A stretch of DNA of 64,000 nt from Eledone cirrhosa (GCA_964016885.1 CAXHJY010001092.1:8618-72617); one strand, 5' to 3'; shown: positions 1 to 14,907, counted from the stretch's first letter. Notes: generated from the letters alone by a model not told the origin. Made by a program: numbers and translations.

Positions 1-126
1 CCAAATGTTAAACAAGGTTCATTGATTATTCAATGAATATAGTTTTACAATAGATTAAAAGCACTCTTGACTGCCAAGACTGGAATTGAGCCATCAGCAC
101 AGTTGAGGTATGTCATACATCAATTT

Positions 127-197
127 ATGTATTTTATCTGATGAGGACGTACTGAAAAAACAGCACAGTACATCCGAAATATATATAATAAAACATA
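127..197 (+). ncRNA. Minimal type I hammerhead ribozyme motif
   Basis: Stem I TTTTAT/ATAAAA; CTGATGA 138-144; stem II GGACGTACTG/CAGTACATCC; GAAA 176-179; T-ATAT-A stem III; predicted cleavage after A187. Confidence 0.8.
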
Positions 198-302
198 TAT
201 TTTGATTATATGAATGTATCCATTTATTAATATTTTGAATAATATATACATATATATAAACAATATATTCACAAATGGAAATTATATTTGTAAAACCATA
301 TT

Positions 303-368
303 TATTTTATTTTACATATTTCAAGGGCCACCAAGGCAAATTATGGTGCGCTTTCATCAGATAAAATA
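303..368 (-). ncRNA. Type I hammerhead motif, probably inactive (UH site reads AA)
   Basis: Minus strand TATTTTAT-CTGATGA-AAGCGCACCA..TGGTGGCCCTT-GAAA-TATGTA-AA-ATAAAATA. Confidence 0.65.
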
Positions 369-851
369 CAATACAGATTAGTTTTATAAATAAATATTGA
401 CATACCCTGAAAAAAGGCAACCTTAACGGTTGGAGCTTCCCGTCCAGCAACACGCGGCAGAGAGTTGTCTGGAATGTATTTGCCTGATGAACCATAGGCG
501 ATTCCATTTCAGTCAACAATTTCTTGGCGAAACAGATCTCTTTGGATTTGTACGCGTGTGTTATATGGTTATAGAGGTGCGAATAGACATTTTAATTTAT
601 ATTTTTAATTATTGTGTGTCTACCCCGCCTTCCATAGGTTAAAGAGTCCATACACTGGTGGCTCCCCTGTTTTATTGATCGCACACACACACAGTCTCTC
701 TCTCTCTCACTCTCTCTCTCTCTCTCTCTCTCTCGTGTGTTACCCTTTCAACATATTGTATTTTAATGAGCTCAGGATTCCTTTTCCTTTGAGCACATAA
801 TTTACAGGGAATAACGAGGGTCTATGGCTCCGTTAATTTATCGTGATATAT

Positions 852-916
<65 letters not shown>

Positions 917-944
917 ATCAAAAGATGGTTAAATGAGTTCCATG

Positions 945-1015
945 TATTTTATTATGCGCATTTCAAAAACAAATATCATCATGCAATAACATTTGTGTTT
1001 TCATCAGATAAAATA
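945..1015 (-). ncRNA. Minimal type I hammerhead ribozyme motif
   Basis: Minus strand TATTTTAT-CTGATGA-long stem II-GAAA-T-GCGC-A-TA-ATAAAATA; 8-bp stem I, palindromic GCGC loop. Confidence 0.8.
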
Positions 1016-1067
1016 GGAGGACATGATATGAAGGTTAAAAACACTTGTGGATAGTGCAGTTTTAAAT

Positions 1068-2784
<1,717 letters not shown>

Positions 2785-2945
2785 CCTTTAACAAGAGTAT
2801 GTTCCCTTGAAGTAAGATGAGACTAGAGATATTTCCCAGAACAATAAAGGGAGACACTTTCTCTCTTATGATTCCATATGAAATACTTTCCTCGTCTCTC
2901 CTTTTATCTATATTTTCTCCACCTACCTCTCTCTCCCTCTCTCTC

Positions 2946-2993
<48 letters not shown>

Positions 2994-3093
2994 TCTCTCT
3001 CTCTCTCTCCTTCTGCCTGCCTTTTCCTCTCTCATTCACTGGCTCTCTCATTCTCTCTCATTCTCTGGTTCTGTTTCTTTTTCCCTCTTTCAT

Positions 3094-3142
<49 letters not shown>

Positions 3143-3249
3143 GGATTGTACCCTATTGTTTTTTCTCTCTCTCTCCCTCTCTCATACTCTCTCTCTCTCC
3201 TCTCCCACCCAAACGCCCGTTTATATATCTCCCTATAGTTCCTTTTTCG

Positions 3250-4845
3250 TACCACCATCTACTCCACCATTATTATCACCACCACCACCATCATCCACAC
3301 ACACACACACCTCCTCACACACCTACACACACACACACACTCACCTCCACACTACCACACACCACCACACTACCACACACCTCCACACTACTACACACCT
3401 CCACACTACCACATACCATCACCACACCACCACCACACCACTACACACCACCACACACCACCACACACCACCACACACCACCACACACCACCACACACCA
3501 CCACACACCACCACAGACAGTCCACAGTAGTCCCACCACCAGTTTATCCGCCTCTTGTAAGGAGTGACATGTCTGGTGTGTTGACCACCACACAGCTCCA
3601 CACACCACCACCACCACCACCACCACCACAGTAGCCCCACACACCACCACGCACCACCACCACACACCACCACCACACCACCACACACCACCACCACACA
3701 GCACCACCATCACCACCACCACCACCACAGTAGCCCCACACACCACCACGCACCACCACCACCACACACCACCACCACCACCACCACACAGCACCACCAT
3801 CACCACCACCACCACCACAGTAGCCCCACACACCACCACGCACCACCACCACACACCACCACACACCACTACCACACAGCACCACCACCCACCATAACCA
3901 CCACCACCACCACCACAGTAGCCCCACACACCACCACGCACCACCACCACCACACACCACCACCACCACCACCACACAGCACCACCATCACCACCACCAC
4001 CACCACAGTAGCCCCACACACCACCACGCACCACCACCACACACCACTACCACACAGCACCACCACCCACCATAACCACCACCACCACCACCACAGTAGC
4101 CCCACGCACCACCACGCACCACCACCACCACACCACCACACACCACCACCACACAGCACCACCACCACCACCACCACCACCACAGTAGCCCCACACACCA
4201 CCACGCACCACCACCACACAGCACCACCACCCACCATAACCACCACCACCACCACCACAGTAGCCCCACGCACCACCACGCACCACGCACCACCACACCA
4301 CCACACACCACTACCACACAGCACCACCACCCACCATAACCACCACCACCACCACCACAGTAGCCCCACACACCACCACGCACCACCACCACACACCACC
4401 ACACACCACCACCACACAGCACCACCATCACCACCACCACCACCACCACCACCACAGTAGCCCCACGCACCACCACGCACCACCACCACCACACCACCAC
4501 ACACCACCACCACACAGCACCACCATCACCACCACCACCACCACCACCACCACAGTAGCCCCACGCACCACCACGCACCACCATCACCACCACCACCACA
4601 GTAGCCCCACACACCACCACGCACCACCACCACACACCACCACACACCACTACCACACAGCACCACCACCCACCATAACCACCACCACCACCACCACGCA
4701 CCACCACCACGCACCACCACACCACCACACAGCACCACCATCACCACCACCACCACCACCACAGTAGCCCCACACACCACCACGCACCACCACCACCACA
4801 CACCACCACCACCACCACACCACCACACCACCACCACCACACACC
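3250..4845. repeat. (CCA)-rich compound minisatellite with recurring CACAGTAGCCCC anchor
   Basis: Direct observation. Confidence 0.95.
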
Positions 4846-4994
4846 AGTTTATCCGCCATCTTGTAAAGAAGTGTCATGTCTGCTGTGTTGATGACTAAGA
4901 GAAAATACTGAGATGTGACAACAGACAGCCTCCTTCACTCAGGCGTATCACTGCTGCTAATTTACATGTGCAGCCAACTCTAATACAAACACAT

Positions 4995-5062
<68 letters not shown>

Positions 5063-5241
5063 CCTGTGCTCTCTCTTTCGCTTTCTTTCTCCCTCTTTCT
5101 CTCTCTTTCGCCCTCTCTCTCCCTCAGTCAATCTCTCTCTATCTATCTATCTATTTATATATCAGTCAATCTCTCTCTATCTATCTATTTATATATCTAC
5201 CTATCTCTCTCTTTTGCCCTCTCTCAGTCAGTGTGTGTCTT

Positions 5242-5276
<35 letters not shown>

Positions 5277-5616
5277 TTGAGTGTCTGTGTGTATGTGTGC
5301 CTGTGTATCTGTATGTGTGTCAGTGTGTGTTGGATCGCCGTCGATTTCAACGATGAGTATTCAAGTTGTGCTTACACCGGAACCACCTCACCTGCCCACC
5401 AAATTAACCTGCAAGCGGCTGAGCTTTGCACAGACACGTGTAGTCTCAACGCTTTACTTACGGTTGTAAGCCTTGACACGAGCCTGTCGCCAGGCCACGT
5501 ATCTGCTCTTCGTTTCTGTAGCAATCTATAATAAACTAAAGAGTGCGGGACTGCATCCAGAATATATATTTTTTATCCCATTTGTAAAACAAGTTGAATT
5601 ACTTTGAATAAATAAT

Positions 5617-5800
5617 TGTTTCTACTTTTGGCACAAGGCCAGCAATTACCCAGTGTATTACTTGTACTTTATTTTATCGACCATGTAAGGATGAAAGGCA
5701 GAGTTAACGTCGGCGGGATTTGAACTCAGAATGGCAAGGGCCGTAACTCTATGCGTCAAAGCATGGCGTCCGACCCTCTATCGATACTGCCAATCCACCG
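5617..5800 (-). mobile_element. SINE family A with 16-bp target-site duplication
   Basis: ACTTTGAATAAATAAT at 5601-5616 and 5801-5816. Confidence 0.9.
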
Positions 5801-6149
5801 ACTTTGAATAAATAATGAATGAATATTACATAATTTATCTACTAAATTTCGTGGCTGTTCATTAAATATATTTTATTACTTATTTAAAGATTCACTTCTT
5901 TAAAATTTTCAAAAGTCAACACTTCCGGTTAGCGATCGCTTAAATAAACATTCATATATTTTGTATGCCTGTTTTCTGTTTGGTGTGTGTTCTTGTGTTC
6001 GTGTCTGAGTCTGTGTGTGTTTGTATTCTATCTTAGGTCACTAGTGTGTGTTTATCTGAGGATGTTGTTATTGTAGCTGTGTATATTTATATTTATCTTA
6101 AATCACTATAGAGTGATTATGTGTAGTTGTTGTTGTTGTTGTTGTTATT

Positions 6150-6655
6150 CTATTCATGTTTTCTGTTCAACTTCGGTTTTCTTAGTTCTATTTCAGTTGC
6201 TTCCTTAATGTGTCTATTTGTTGAGTCATTTCTATGTTTAGATATTATTTGAATTTCAATATTGTCTATATTACTATCATGTCTGAGTCTGGCGTGTTCA
6301 TATAGTACCGAACCGTCTTTTTGTCTTTTTAGTTCCCCAGTGTTGGTCTATTCTCTCCTCCATGCTATGGGCTGTCTCACCCATGTATGTCGTTGTCATA
6401 TTTCTGCCGGCACCTTCTGTACATCTTATGCTATAGACTACATCTCTAGTTTTACAGTTTATTTGTGGATTTAGTCTGCATATTACACATTTCTTATCAG
6501 TACAGTGGGTTTTCTTAAAGGGGTAAGTTTTACTGATCAGGGATTTTATGGTAGTTCCTGGCTTTTCTATCACTTTAATCTTTAAATGGGTCTTTTTAGG
6601 GCCTTTCTAAATTGGTTAGCTAGTTCACCTCCAGGCGTTGCATCCACGAACATGG
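6150..6655 (-). mobile_element. Penelope-like element remnant, GIY-YIG endonuclease C-terminal region (frameshifted)
   Basis: MFVDATPGGELA...C..C...NCKTRDVVYSIRC...YMGETAHS...RHIKEATEI...LNRKHE*. Confidence 0.85.
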
Positions 6656-6660
6656 CATTT

Positions 6661-6705
6661 CTCATTCTATCTTCTGATGAAAGACAAATGTCCGAAACGT
6701 AACAA
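6661..6705 (+). ncRNA. Penelope-type ultra-minimal hammerhead-like motif
   Basis: CTGATGAA-AGAC AAAT GTCC-GAAACGTAA; abuts a GIY-YIG fragment in inverted orientation; stem I unclear. Confidence 0.45.
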
Positions 6706-6913
6706 TTATCAAGCTTTGTTAAAATTTGTTTACCCTTTGCACACACACACACACATGCGCACACACATGGTGATGGTGGTGGTGGTGGTGGTGGTGGAAG
6801 TGGTGGTGGTGTTGATGATGATGGTGGTGGTGGTGGTGGTGGTGGTAAATGCTGCCTGACACGAGTGACAATTTGTCAATTAAGCAATTTCTTTAAAGAT
6901 TGGAGGAGGACAT

Positions 6914-6967
<54 letters not shown>

Positions 6968-7059
6968 CACTACTGCTACTGCTGTTGCTAATACTACTGC
7001 TGCTGCTGTTGCTACTACTACTACTACTACTACCACTACTACTACTACAACTACTATTG

Positions 7060-7094
<35 letters not shown>

Positions 7095-7528
7095 GCTACT
7101 ACTGTTACTACTACTACTACTACTTCTAGTAGTACTACTACCAACACTACAACTACCACTACTATTACTACTACAACTACCACTACTATTACTACTACAA
7201 CTACCACCACTACAAGTACTACAACTACCACTACTACTACTACCACCACTACTACCACTACTACCACCATTACTACTACTACAACTACTACCACCTTTAC
7301 TACTACTACAACTACTACTAGAAATGGAGACTATAGTATGGGCAAACACGTCCAGCTCTGGTCAAACACACACAGTAACCTTTTCATGTCTCGGCCCCCA
7401 CTTCGGACAATATCCGCCCTCACTACTTCATTATTTTGACAGATCAAACGACCTGTCCACCCCGCCACCCTCATTCCACCCCGCCACATCCTGTCACATA
7501 CACACACACACACACTGACATACAGCAG

Positions 7529-7561
<33 letters not shown>

Positions 7562-7631
7562 AATATATATATATATAAATATTTATATATATATAAATAT
7601 ATATAAAAATATATATATATATTTATATATT

Positions 7632-7688
<57 letters not shown>

Positions 7689-7816
7689 AAAAGTTCTATT
7701 TAAATTGTTGGGATACAACAAGCAAATATTTTTATAACTGATATAAAGCACTCAACAAATATTTGGAGTAAAAATACGATATTAACAAATGAAAACTATA
7801 TTTATAAAACCATATT

Positions 7817-7881
7817 TATTTCATTATACATATTTCAAGGACACCAAGTTAAATTATGGTGTGCTTTCATCAGATAAAATA
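7817..7881 (-). ncRNA. Type I hammerhead motif (left arm of palindrome)
   Basis: CTGATGA-AAGCACACCA/TGGTGTCCTT-GAAA-T-ATGT-A-TA; stem I TATTTTAT/ATGAAATA. Confidence 0.75.
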
Positions 7882-8018
7882 CAATATAGATCAGTTTTAT
7901 AAATAAATATTGACATACCCCTTAAAAAATGCAACCATTACTGTTGGGAGCTTCCAACAGTAATGGTTGCATTTTTTAAGGGTATGTCAATATTTATTTA
8001 TAAAACTGATCTATATTG

Positions 8019-8083
8019 TATTTTATCTGATGAAAGCACACCATAATTTAACTTGGTGTCCTTGAAATATGTATAATGAAATA
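8019..8083 (+). ncRNA. Type I hammerhead motif (right arm of palindrome)
   Basis: Mirror copy of 7817-7881; CTGATGA 8027-8033, GAAA 8064-8067. Confidence 0.75.
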
Positions 8084-8123
8084 AATATGGTTTTATAAAT
8101 ATAGTTTTCATTTGTTAATATCG

Positions 8124-8190
<67 letters not shown>

Positions 8191-8427
8191 CGAAACATAA
8201 GTCAATTGCATGAAACTCATAATCCTTTATTTACTGCTATATATGTTTCGATGACAGCCAATGATAGTATATATACATATATATATATATACAAGTACAT
8301 ATACATACACACACAAACAGACACACATATATACATATAAATGTGTGTGTGTGTCTGTGTGTGTATACAAGTACATATACGGGCACAGACACACACAAAC
8401 GCACACACATAAACACACAAACAAACA

Positions 8428-8459
<32 letters not shown>

Positions 8460-8555
8460 GTTTATAGATTTTAGGTTTGTTTGGATTTTGTTATTATTAT
8501 TATTGTTGTTGTTGTTATTATTATTGTATTTAGTGTAGTAATTGTGGTTACACTG

Positions 8556-9540
8556 CCACACCACCTCCACCTCCACCATTAACACCACCACCTCCACCAC
8601 CACCATTAACACCACCACCTCCACCACCACCATTAACACCACCACCTCCACCACTACCACCACCACCTCCACCACCACCATTAACACCACCACCTCCACC
8701 TCCACCATTAACACCACCACCTTCACCACTACCATTAACACCACCACCTCCACCACCACCATTAACACCACCACCTCCACCACTACCACCACCACCTCCA
8801 CCACCACCACCTCCACCACTACCACCACCACCTCCACCACCACCACCTCCACCTCCACCATTAACACCACCACCTTCACCACTACCATTAACACCACCAC
8901 CTCCACCACCACCATTAACACCACCACCTCCACCACCAACTCCACCATTAACACCACCACCTTCACCACTACCACCACCACCACCACTACTACCACCAAT
9001 AACACCAACACCTCCCCCACCACCACTACCACCAATAACACCACCACCTACCCCACCACCACTACCACCATTAACACCACCACCTCCACCACCACCATTA
9101 ACACCACCACCTCCACCACTACCACCACCACCACCACCACTACTACCACCAATAACACCACCACCTCCCCCACCACCACTACCACCACTACCATTAACAC
9201 CACCACCTCCACCACCACCATTAACACCACCACCTCCACCACCACCACCACCACTACTACCACCAATAACACCAACACCACTACCACCACCTCCACCAAT
9301 AACACCACCACCTCCCCCACTACCACTACCACCACTACCATTAACACCACCACCTCCACCACTACCATTAACACCACCACCTCCACCACCACCACCACCA
9401 CTACTACCACCAATAACACCAACACCTCCACCACTACCACCACCTCCACCAATAACACCAACACCTCCACCACTACCACCACCTCCACCAATAACACCAC
9501 CACTACTAATAACGACAACACCACCAACACTACGGCCACC
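8556..9540. repeat. (ACC)-rich minisatellite, unit ACCATTAACACCACCACCTCCACCACC (27 bp)
   Basis: Direct observation. Confidence 0.95.
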
Positions 9541-9578
9541 ATTGAGAGTCGAACTCACGACCTAGCCTAACCACTAAA

Positions 9579-9613
<35 letters not shown>

Positions 9614-9783
9614 CACACCACAGCCAGACAGACCAACAGACAGGCGGTATAAGCAGCAGATTGTATGACATAAACAATATAGAAAGACTAACGATAAGAG
9701 ACAAGAGAGGTTTGTTAAGCAATATGGCTGACGGAATGATAGCAACGAAAATGGAGGATATATATATTTATATATATACAGTG

Positions 9784-9850
<67 letters not shown>

Positions 9851-9853
9851 ATA

Positions 9854-9919
<66 letters not shown>

Positions 9920-10169
9920 ACGTGTGTGTATATATATATGTATACATATATGTATGTGTATATCTATATATATAATGTGTGGGTATATATATTTATATGT
10001 GTGTGAGTGTGTATATATATATATATATACATATATGTATGTGCATATATATATATATATAATATGTATGTGCATATATATATATATAATGTGTATGTAT
10101 ATATATAACGTGTGTGTATATATATATATATACATATATGTATGTGTATATCTATATATATAATGTGTG

Positions 10170-10209
<40 letters not shown>

Positions 10210-10241
10210 GTGTGGGTATATATATATATATATACCCACAC

Positions 10242-10301
<60 letters not shown>

Positions 10302-10306
10302 GTGTG

Positions 10307-10348
<42 letters not shown>

Positions 10349-10349
10349 A

Positions 10350-10408
<59 letters not shown>

Positions 10409-10945
10409 TGTATGTGCATATATATATATACTCACACACACTAATATATATATATAATATGTGTATATGTGTGTGTGTATATATAGTTGGTGGTGGTCGT
10501 CGTTGTTGTTATAGTTGTTGTGTCCGTCGTGGTGGTAGGTATGTTTGTTGTTGTTCTCGTAGTGGTGGTGGGGAAGGGTTATAGTGGTGATGGTGAGAGG
10601 TTTAGTATGAGAGATGCTAACAATATGGCTGCCATTATAGCGGCTACAACACTAACATAATGGCGGAAAAGATAAATGATTTCTCTCATTGTTCGATATA
10701 GTCAAGGAAGCGAACCCACGTCACCTTTGACTCCATTGCTCGAACAATCAGTGATTTCTTCTTCTCCTCCTCCTGCCTTCTTCTTCTTCTTCTTCTTCTT
10801 CTTCTTCTTCTTCTTCTTCTTCTTCTTCTTCTTCTTCTTCTTTGCCTTCTTCTTCTTCTTCTTCTTCTTCTTCTTCTTTGCCTTCTTCTTCTTCTTTAAA
10901 TTCTCCTTCTTCTTCTTCTTCTTTACATTCTCCTTCTTCTTCTTC

Positions 10946-10988
<43 letters not shown>

Positions 10989-11168
10989 TCTACTTCTTCT
11001 TTGCCTTCTTCTTCTTCTTCTTCTTCTTCTTCTTCTTCTTCCTCTCTTCTTCTTCTTCTTCTTTGACTTCTTCTTCTTCTTCCTCTTCTTCTTCTTTTTT
11101 GACTTCTTCTTCTTTGCCTTCTTCTTCACCATCTTCTATCTTTTTCTTTTTCTTCTTCGTCATTTTAG

Positions 11169-11201
<33 letters not shown>

Positions 11202-11235
11202 GCATGATTGTGAATGAGAGAGTACGACATCTGGT

Positions 11236-11299
<64 letters not shown>

Positions 11300-11315
11300 G
11301 GGCAAAGATAAGGAA

Positions 11316-11374
<59 letters not shown>

Positions 11375-11550
11375 TGGATGAAGAGGATGGGGAGGGAGGG
11401 AGGGAGGGAGGAAGAGGAGTAATTGTGTCTGTGTGATCTGAACTGAAGTGAACAGTTACGATTCATCATCCGAGATGGAGAGAGGAAGAGAGAGAGGGGG
11501 GCTCTAGAGAAGAGAAAATAGAGAGACACGGAGAGAGAAAGAGAGAGAGC

Positions 11551-11581
<31 letters not shown>

Positions 11582-12805
11582 GAAACTAGAGGGAGAGAGA
11601 GGAACTAGTGCATTAGAGAAGAGAAAGTAGAGGGGGGGGCTCTAGAGGAGAGAAAGTAGAGAGAGAGGGGGGAGAGGTTCTAGAGTAGAGAAAGTAGAGA
11701 GAGGAACTAGTGTATTAGAGAAGAGAAAGTAGAGAGAGAGAGAGTGGGAGAGGCTCTAGAGTAGAGAAAGTAGAGAGGGGGGGGTTCTAGAGAAGAGAAA
11801 GTAGAGAGAGAGGGGGGAGAGGGGAACTAGTGTATTAGAGAAGAGAAAGTAGAGAGAGAGAGAGAGGGAGAGGCTCTAGAGTAGAGAAAGTAGAGAGAGA
11901 GAGAGAGAGAGAGAGTAGAGAAAGTGGAGAGAGAGAGAGGAGGGAGGGGGGAGTTGTAATGAGTCGTGGGAAAAGGTATTGCAGATGATATTTATACCGG
12001 CCCAGCTGTAGCAGTATCTTAATAACCAGTGACTGGGGCGTTCACTATGAACAGTGTCAGAAACCAGTAGATTGAGAAACAAGACAAGAGAATCTGGCGG
12101 AAGCTGGATTTTAACTGGGCTTAAATACCCGTATGTTATATGATAGTTACTTCCTGTGAAGACGTTATAGCTAATTTTAGCTTACGTTTCGTAGCTGTGA
12201 TAATTTCGTTTAATATCTATCTATCAATCTATCTATCTATCTATCTATATGTCAGCCTGTAGGTTGAGGAAAAAGAGGAAGAGAGGAAAGGGGTACAAAC
12301 TCTTCGTACTCCTGGAGATGAGGGCTGCACATTTTTTCAGGGGTATGTGTTACCCATAAGAAATGTCTCCCCCTATTGGGGAAAATTGATTAATTTTTAA
12401 ATTGCAGTATGTAAACTTCCCCCTTTGTATTTGTCCCCTTCTTTTGTGCCCCTGTGGCTAATAAAGAAACATATCTATCTATCTGCCTCTCTCTCTATAT
12501 ATATATGTTTATATATATATATATATTTTTTTTAGTCGATCGACTTTCGTCAAATCGGACCGAGGAAACAATGTTTCCGTTGGTCTTTCCAATTGCTAGT
12601 ACTCTCTATCGGTCACAACTCCAGGTAGAAGGAGCAACGTGAAATAAAGTGTCTTGCTCAGTGAGTTATATGGTTTGTTGATTATTCAACAAAGTTAATT
12701 TTACAACAGCTTAGAAGCACTCAACAGCATTTTATCTGGAGTATCATTAATATTAATAATATTAATAATATTAATAAATGGAAAATATCTTTATAAAACC
12801 ATATT

Positions 12806-12866
12806 TATTTTATTATACGTATTTCAAGGGTACTAATAATTAAGTACGCTTTCGTCAAATAAAATA
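12806..12866 (-). ncRNA. Type I hammerhead motif with core variant TTGACGA
   Basis: Stem II AAGCGTACT/AGTACCCTT, GAAA-T-ACGT-A-TA, 8-bp stem I; C3 substituted. Confidence 0.65.
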
Positions 12867-12870
12867 TAAT

Positions 12871-13056
12871 TGTTTCTACTTTTTGGCACAAGGCCAGCAA
12901 TTACCCAGTGCATTACTGGTACTTTATTTTATCGACCCCGTAAGGATGAAAGGCAAAGTCAACCTCAGCGGGATTTGAACTCAGATCGTAAAGGGACGTA
13001 ACTATGCTGGAAAGCATGGCGTCCGACCCTCTACCGATACTGCCAATCCACCACCC
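12871..13056 (-). mobile_element. SINE family A inserted into an HHR-bearing element
   Basis: Flanks rejoin to match the uninterrupted copy at 45376-45470; ATATAAT on both sides. Confidence 0.85.
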
Positions 13057-13187
13057 AATCCATATAATAATTGGTGTTAAGATAGTGACATATCTTCATG
13101 TAAACTTAATGGTATAAGTCCAGTGAAGATAGTGAACTATCTTCACTGGACTTTGTTTTAAATTCATATCTTACGTCCATATTACAT

Positions 13188-13260
13188 TTTCATTCTGATG
13201 AGCGACTTCAGACGTCTCTATTGAGCCCGTCTGTCTTCGTGAAACCTTTGGTAAATGGAA
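13188..13260 (+). ncRNA. Type I hammerhead ribozyme with a real stem III and GUA cleavage site
   Basis: TTTCATT-CTGATGA(13195-13201)-GCGA..CAGACG..CGTCTG..TCGT-GAAA(13241-44)-CC TTT GG-TA-AATGGAA. Confidence 0.8.
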
Positions 13261-13359
13261 TAGTTTCTTATGTTGTTTATTACATAATTAAATAGCTCTT
13301 TAGCTTACATAGAGCACTCTCCTTTCCTTTACCCTTCCTACGGAAATACTTCATATATA

Positions 13360-13593
13360 TATATAACAAAGGAATTGTGGTGAGGAACCAGATGGACCAT
13401 AACGCACCAGAGTACTCAATACTTAGGGTAGTAGAGTGGGAAATAGGAAAAAGTATAACCCCAACGGCAGAGCTCAAGCCGTTTCGACGGCTATTTCTGG
13501 ACTTTTATTCACCAGGCTAAAAATTCTAATTTAGTCCAGAAATAGCCGTCGAAACGGCTTGAGCTCTGCCGTCGGGGTCATACTTTTTCCTAT
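13360..13593. repeat. Fold-back element family (copies 25720-25925, 31650-31795, 51590-51670, 52960-53197)
   Basis: Shared leader ATAACAAAGG..GGACCATAACGCACCAGAGTACTCAATACTTAGGGTAGTAGAGTGG followed by an inverted duplication; bounded by TA runs. Confidence 0.85.
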
Positions 13594-13598
13594 ATATC

Positions 13599-13649
<51 letters not shown>

Positions 13650-13722
13650 ATGTATGTATGTATATATGTGTGTGTGTGTGTATGTATGTATGTATATATA
13701 TGCGTGTGCGTGCATATATATA

Positions 13723-13757
<35 letters not shown>

Positions 13758-13917
13758 ATATATATATGTGTATGTGTGTGTCTATCTGTTTATGTATTTA
13801 TTTGACAATAAATCAATCTTCCTCTATCTCTCTCCACTCTCTCATTTATATGTGTGTATGTGTGTGGCATGAGTAAAAATATAACTATTTGCATGAAGAG
13901 AGCTATGTAGGGGCGCC

Positions 13918-13953
<36 letters not shown>

Positions 13954-13957
13954 CTGT

Positions 13958-13996
<39 letters not shown>

Positions 13997-14109
13997 ATGT
14001 TTTTTTCCTATTTTGTTCCCCAGAAACCTAGTTTAACCATAATTCATAGTTTCCTTTAATTTTAACATCCAAGAGAAATGTTTCACCTTCAAGGGGGGAG
14101 TCTACCACC

Positions 14110-14790
14110 TCACACCAACACCATCAACACCAACATCAACATCAACACCAACAACAACAACAACGATACCACTAACAGCGTCACCACCAACAACGATACC
14201 ACGAAAAAAACCACTAACAGCGACACCAACAACAACAACAGCCACAACAACAGCGACACCAACAGCCAAAACAATAACAACCACACCAACAACAATACCC
14301 ACACCATCAGCAACAACGACACCACTAACAACAACCACACCACCACCAACACCAATTACAACGACACCAACAACAACGACACCAACAACAACAACAGCCA
14401 CAACAACAACGACACCAACAGCCAAAACAACAACAACCACACCAACAACAATACCCACACCATCAGCAACAACGACGCCACTAACAACAACCACACCACC
14501 ACCAACACCAATTACAACGACACCAACAACAACAACGACGACACCAACAACAACAACAGCCACAACAACAACGACACCAACAGCCAAAACAACAACAACC
14601 ACACCAACAACAATACCCACACCATCAGCAACAACGACGCCACTAACAACAACCACACCACCACCAACACCAATTACAACGACACCAACAACAACAACGA
14701 CACCAACCACAACAACAACAACACCACCAACAACAACAAAAACAACAACACCAACACCAAAACCAACAACACCAACAACCACAACAGCAC
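14110..14790. repeat. (AAC)-rich compound repeat with three ~165-180-bp higher-order units
   Basis: Recurrence of AATACCCACACCATCAGCAAC and AATTACAACGAC. Confidence 0.9.
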
Positions 14791-14893
14791 ATTTTCTCTT
14801 TTGTTTGTTGTTGTTTTTTTAATATTTCTGTCTGACTGTCTGACTGTCTGCCTGTCTGACACAAACGTAAAAAAAAGGGAGCAGTAAAAAGGC

Positions 14894-14907
14894 GTTGCCA
14901 TGACAAC
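14894..14907. promoter_or_regulatory. RFX X-box-like motif
   Basis: GTTGCCATGACAAC fits RYYNYY-AT-RRNRAC; CCAAT ~50 bp downstream; motif match only. Confidence 0.35.

Larger units (their letters stand above)
7776..8124. repeat. ~349-bp near-perfect palindrome carrying two HHR motifs
   Basis: Arms mirror about 7950 with one 1-nt indel; centre GGGAGCTTCC. Confidence 0.95.

Noticed and set aside
8542-9570. 342-aa Thr-rich mucin-like ORF (also 6900-7439 and Asn-rich 14078-14887)
   Set aside because: Trinucleotide-derived repeats open on both strands; no signal peptide, domain or convincing splice context.
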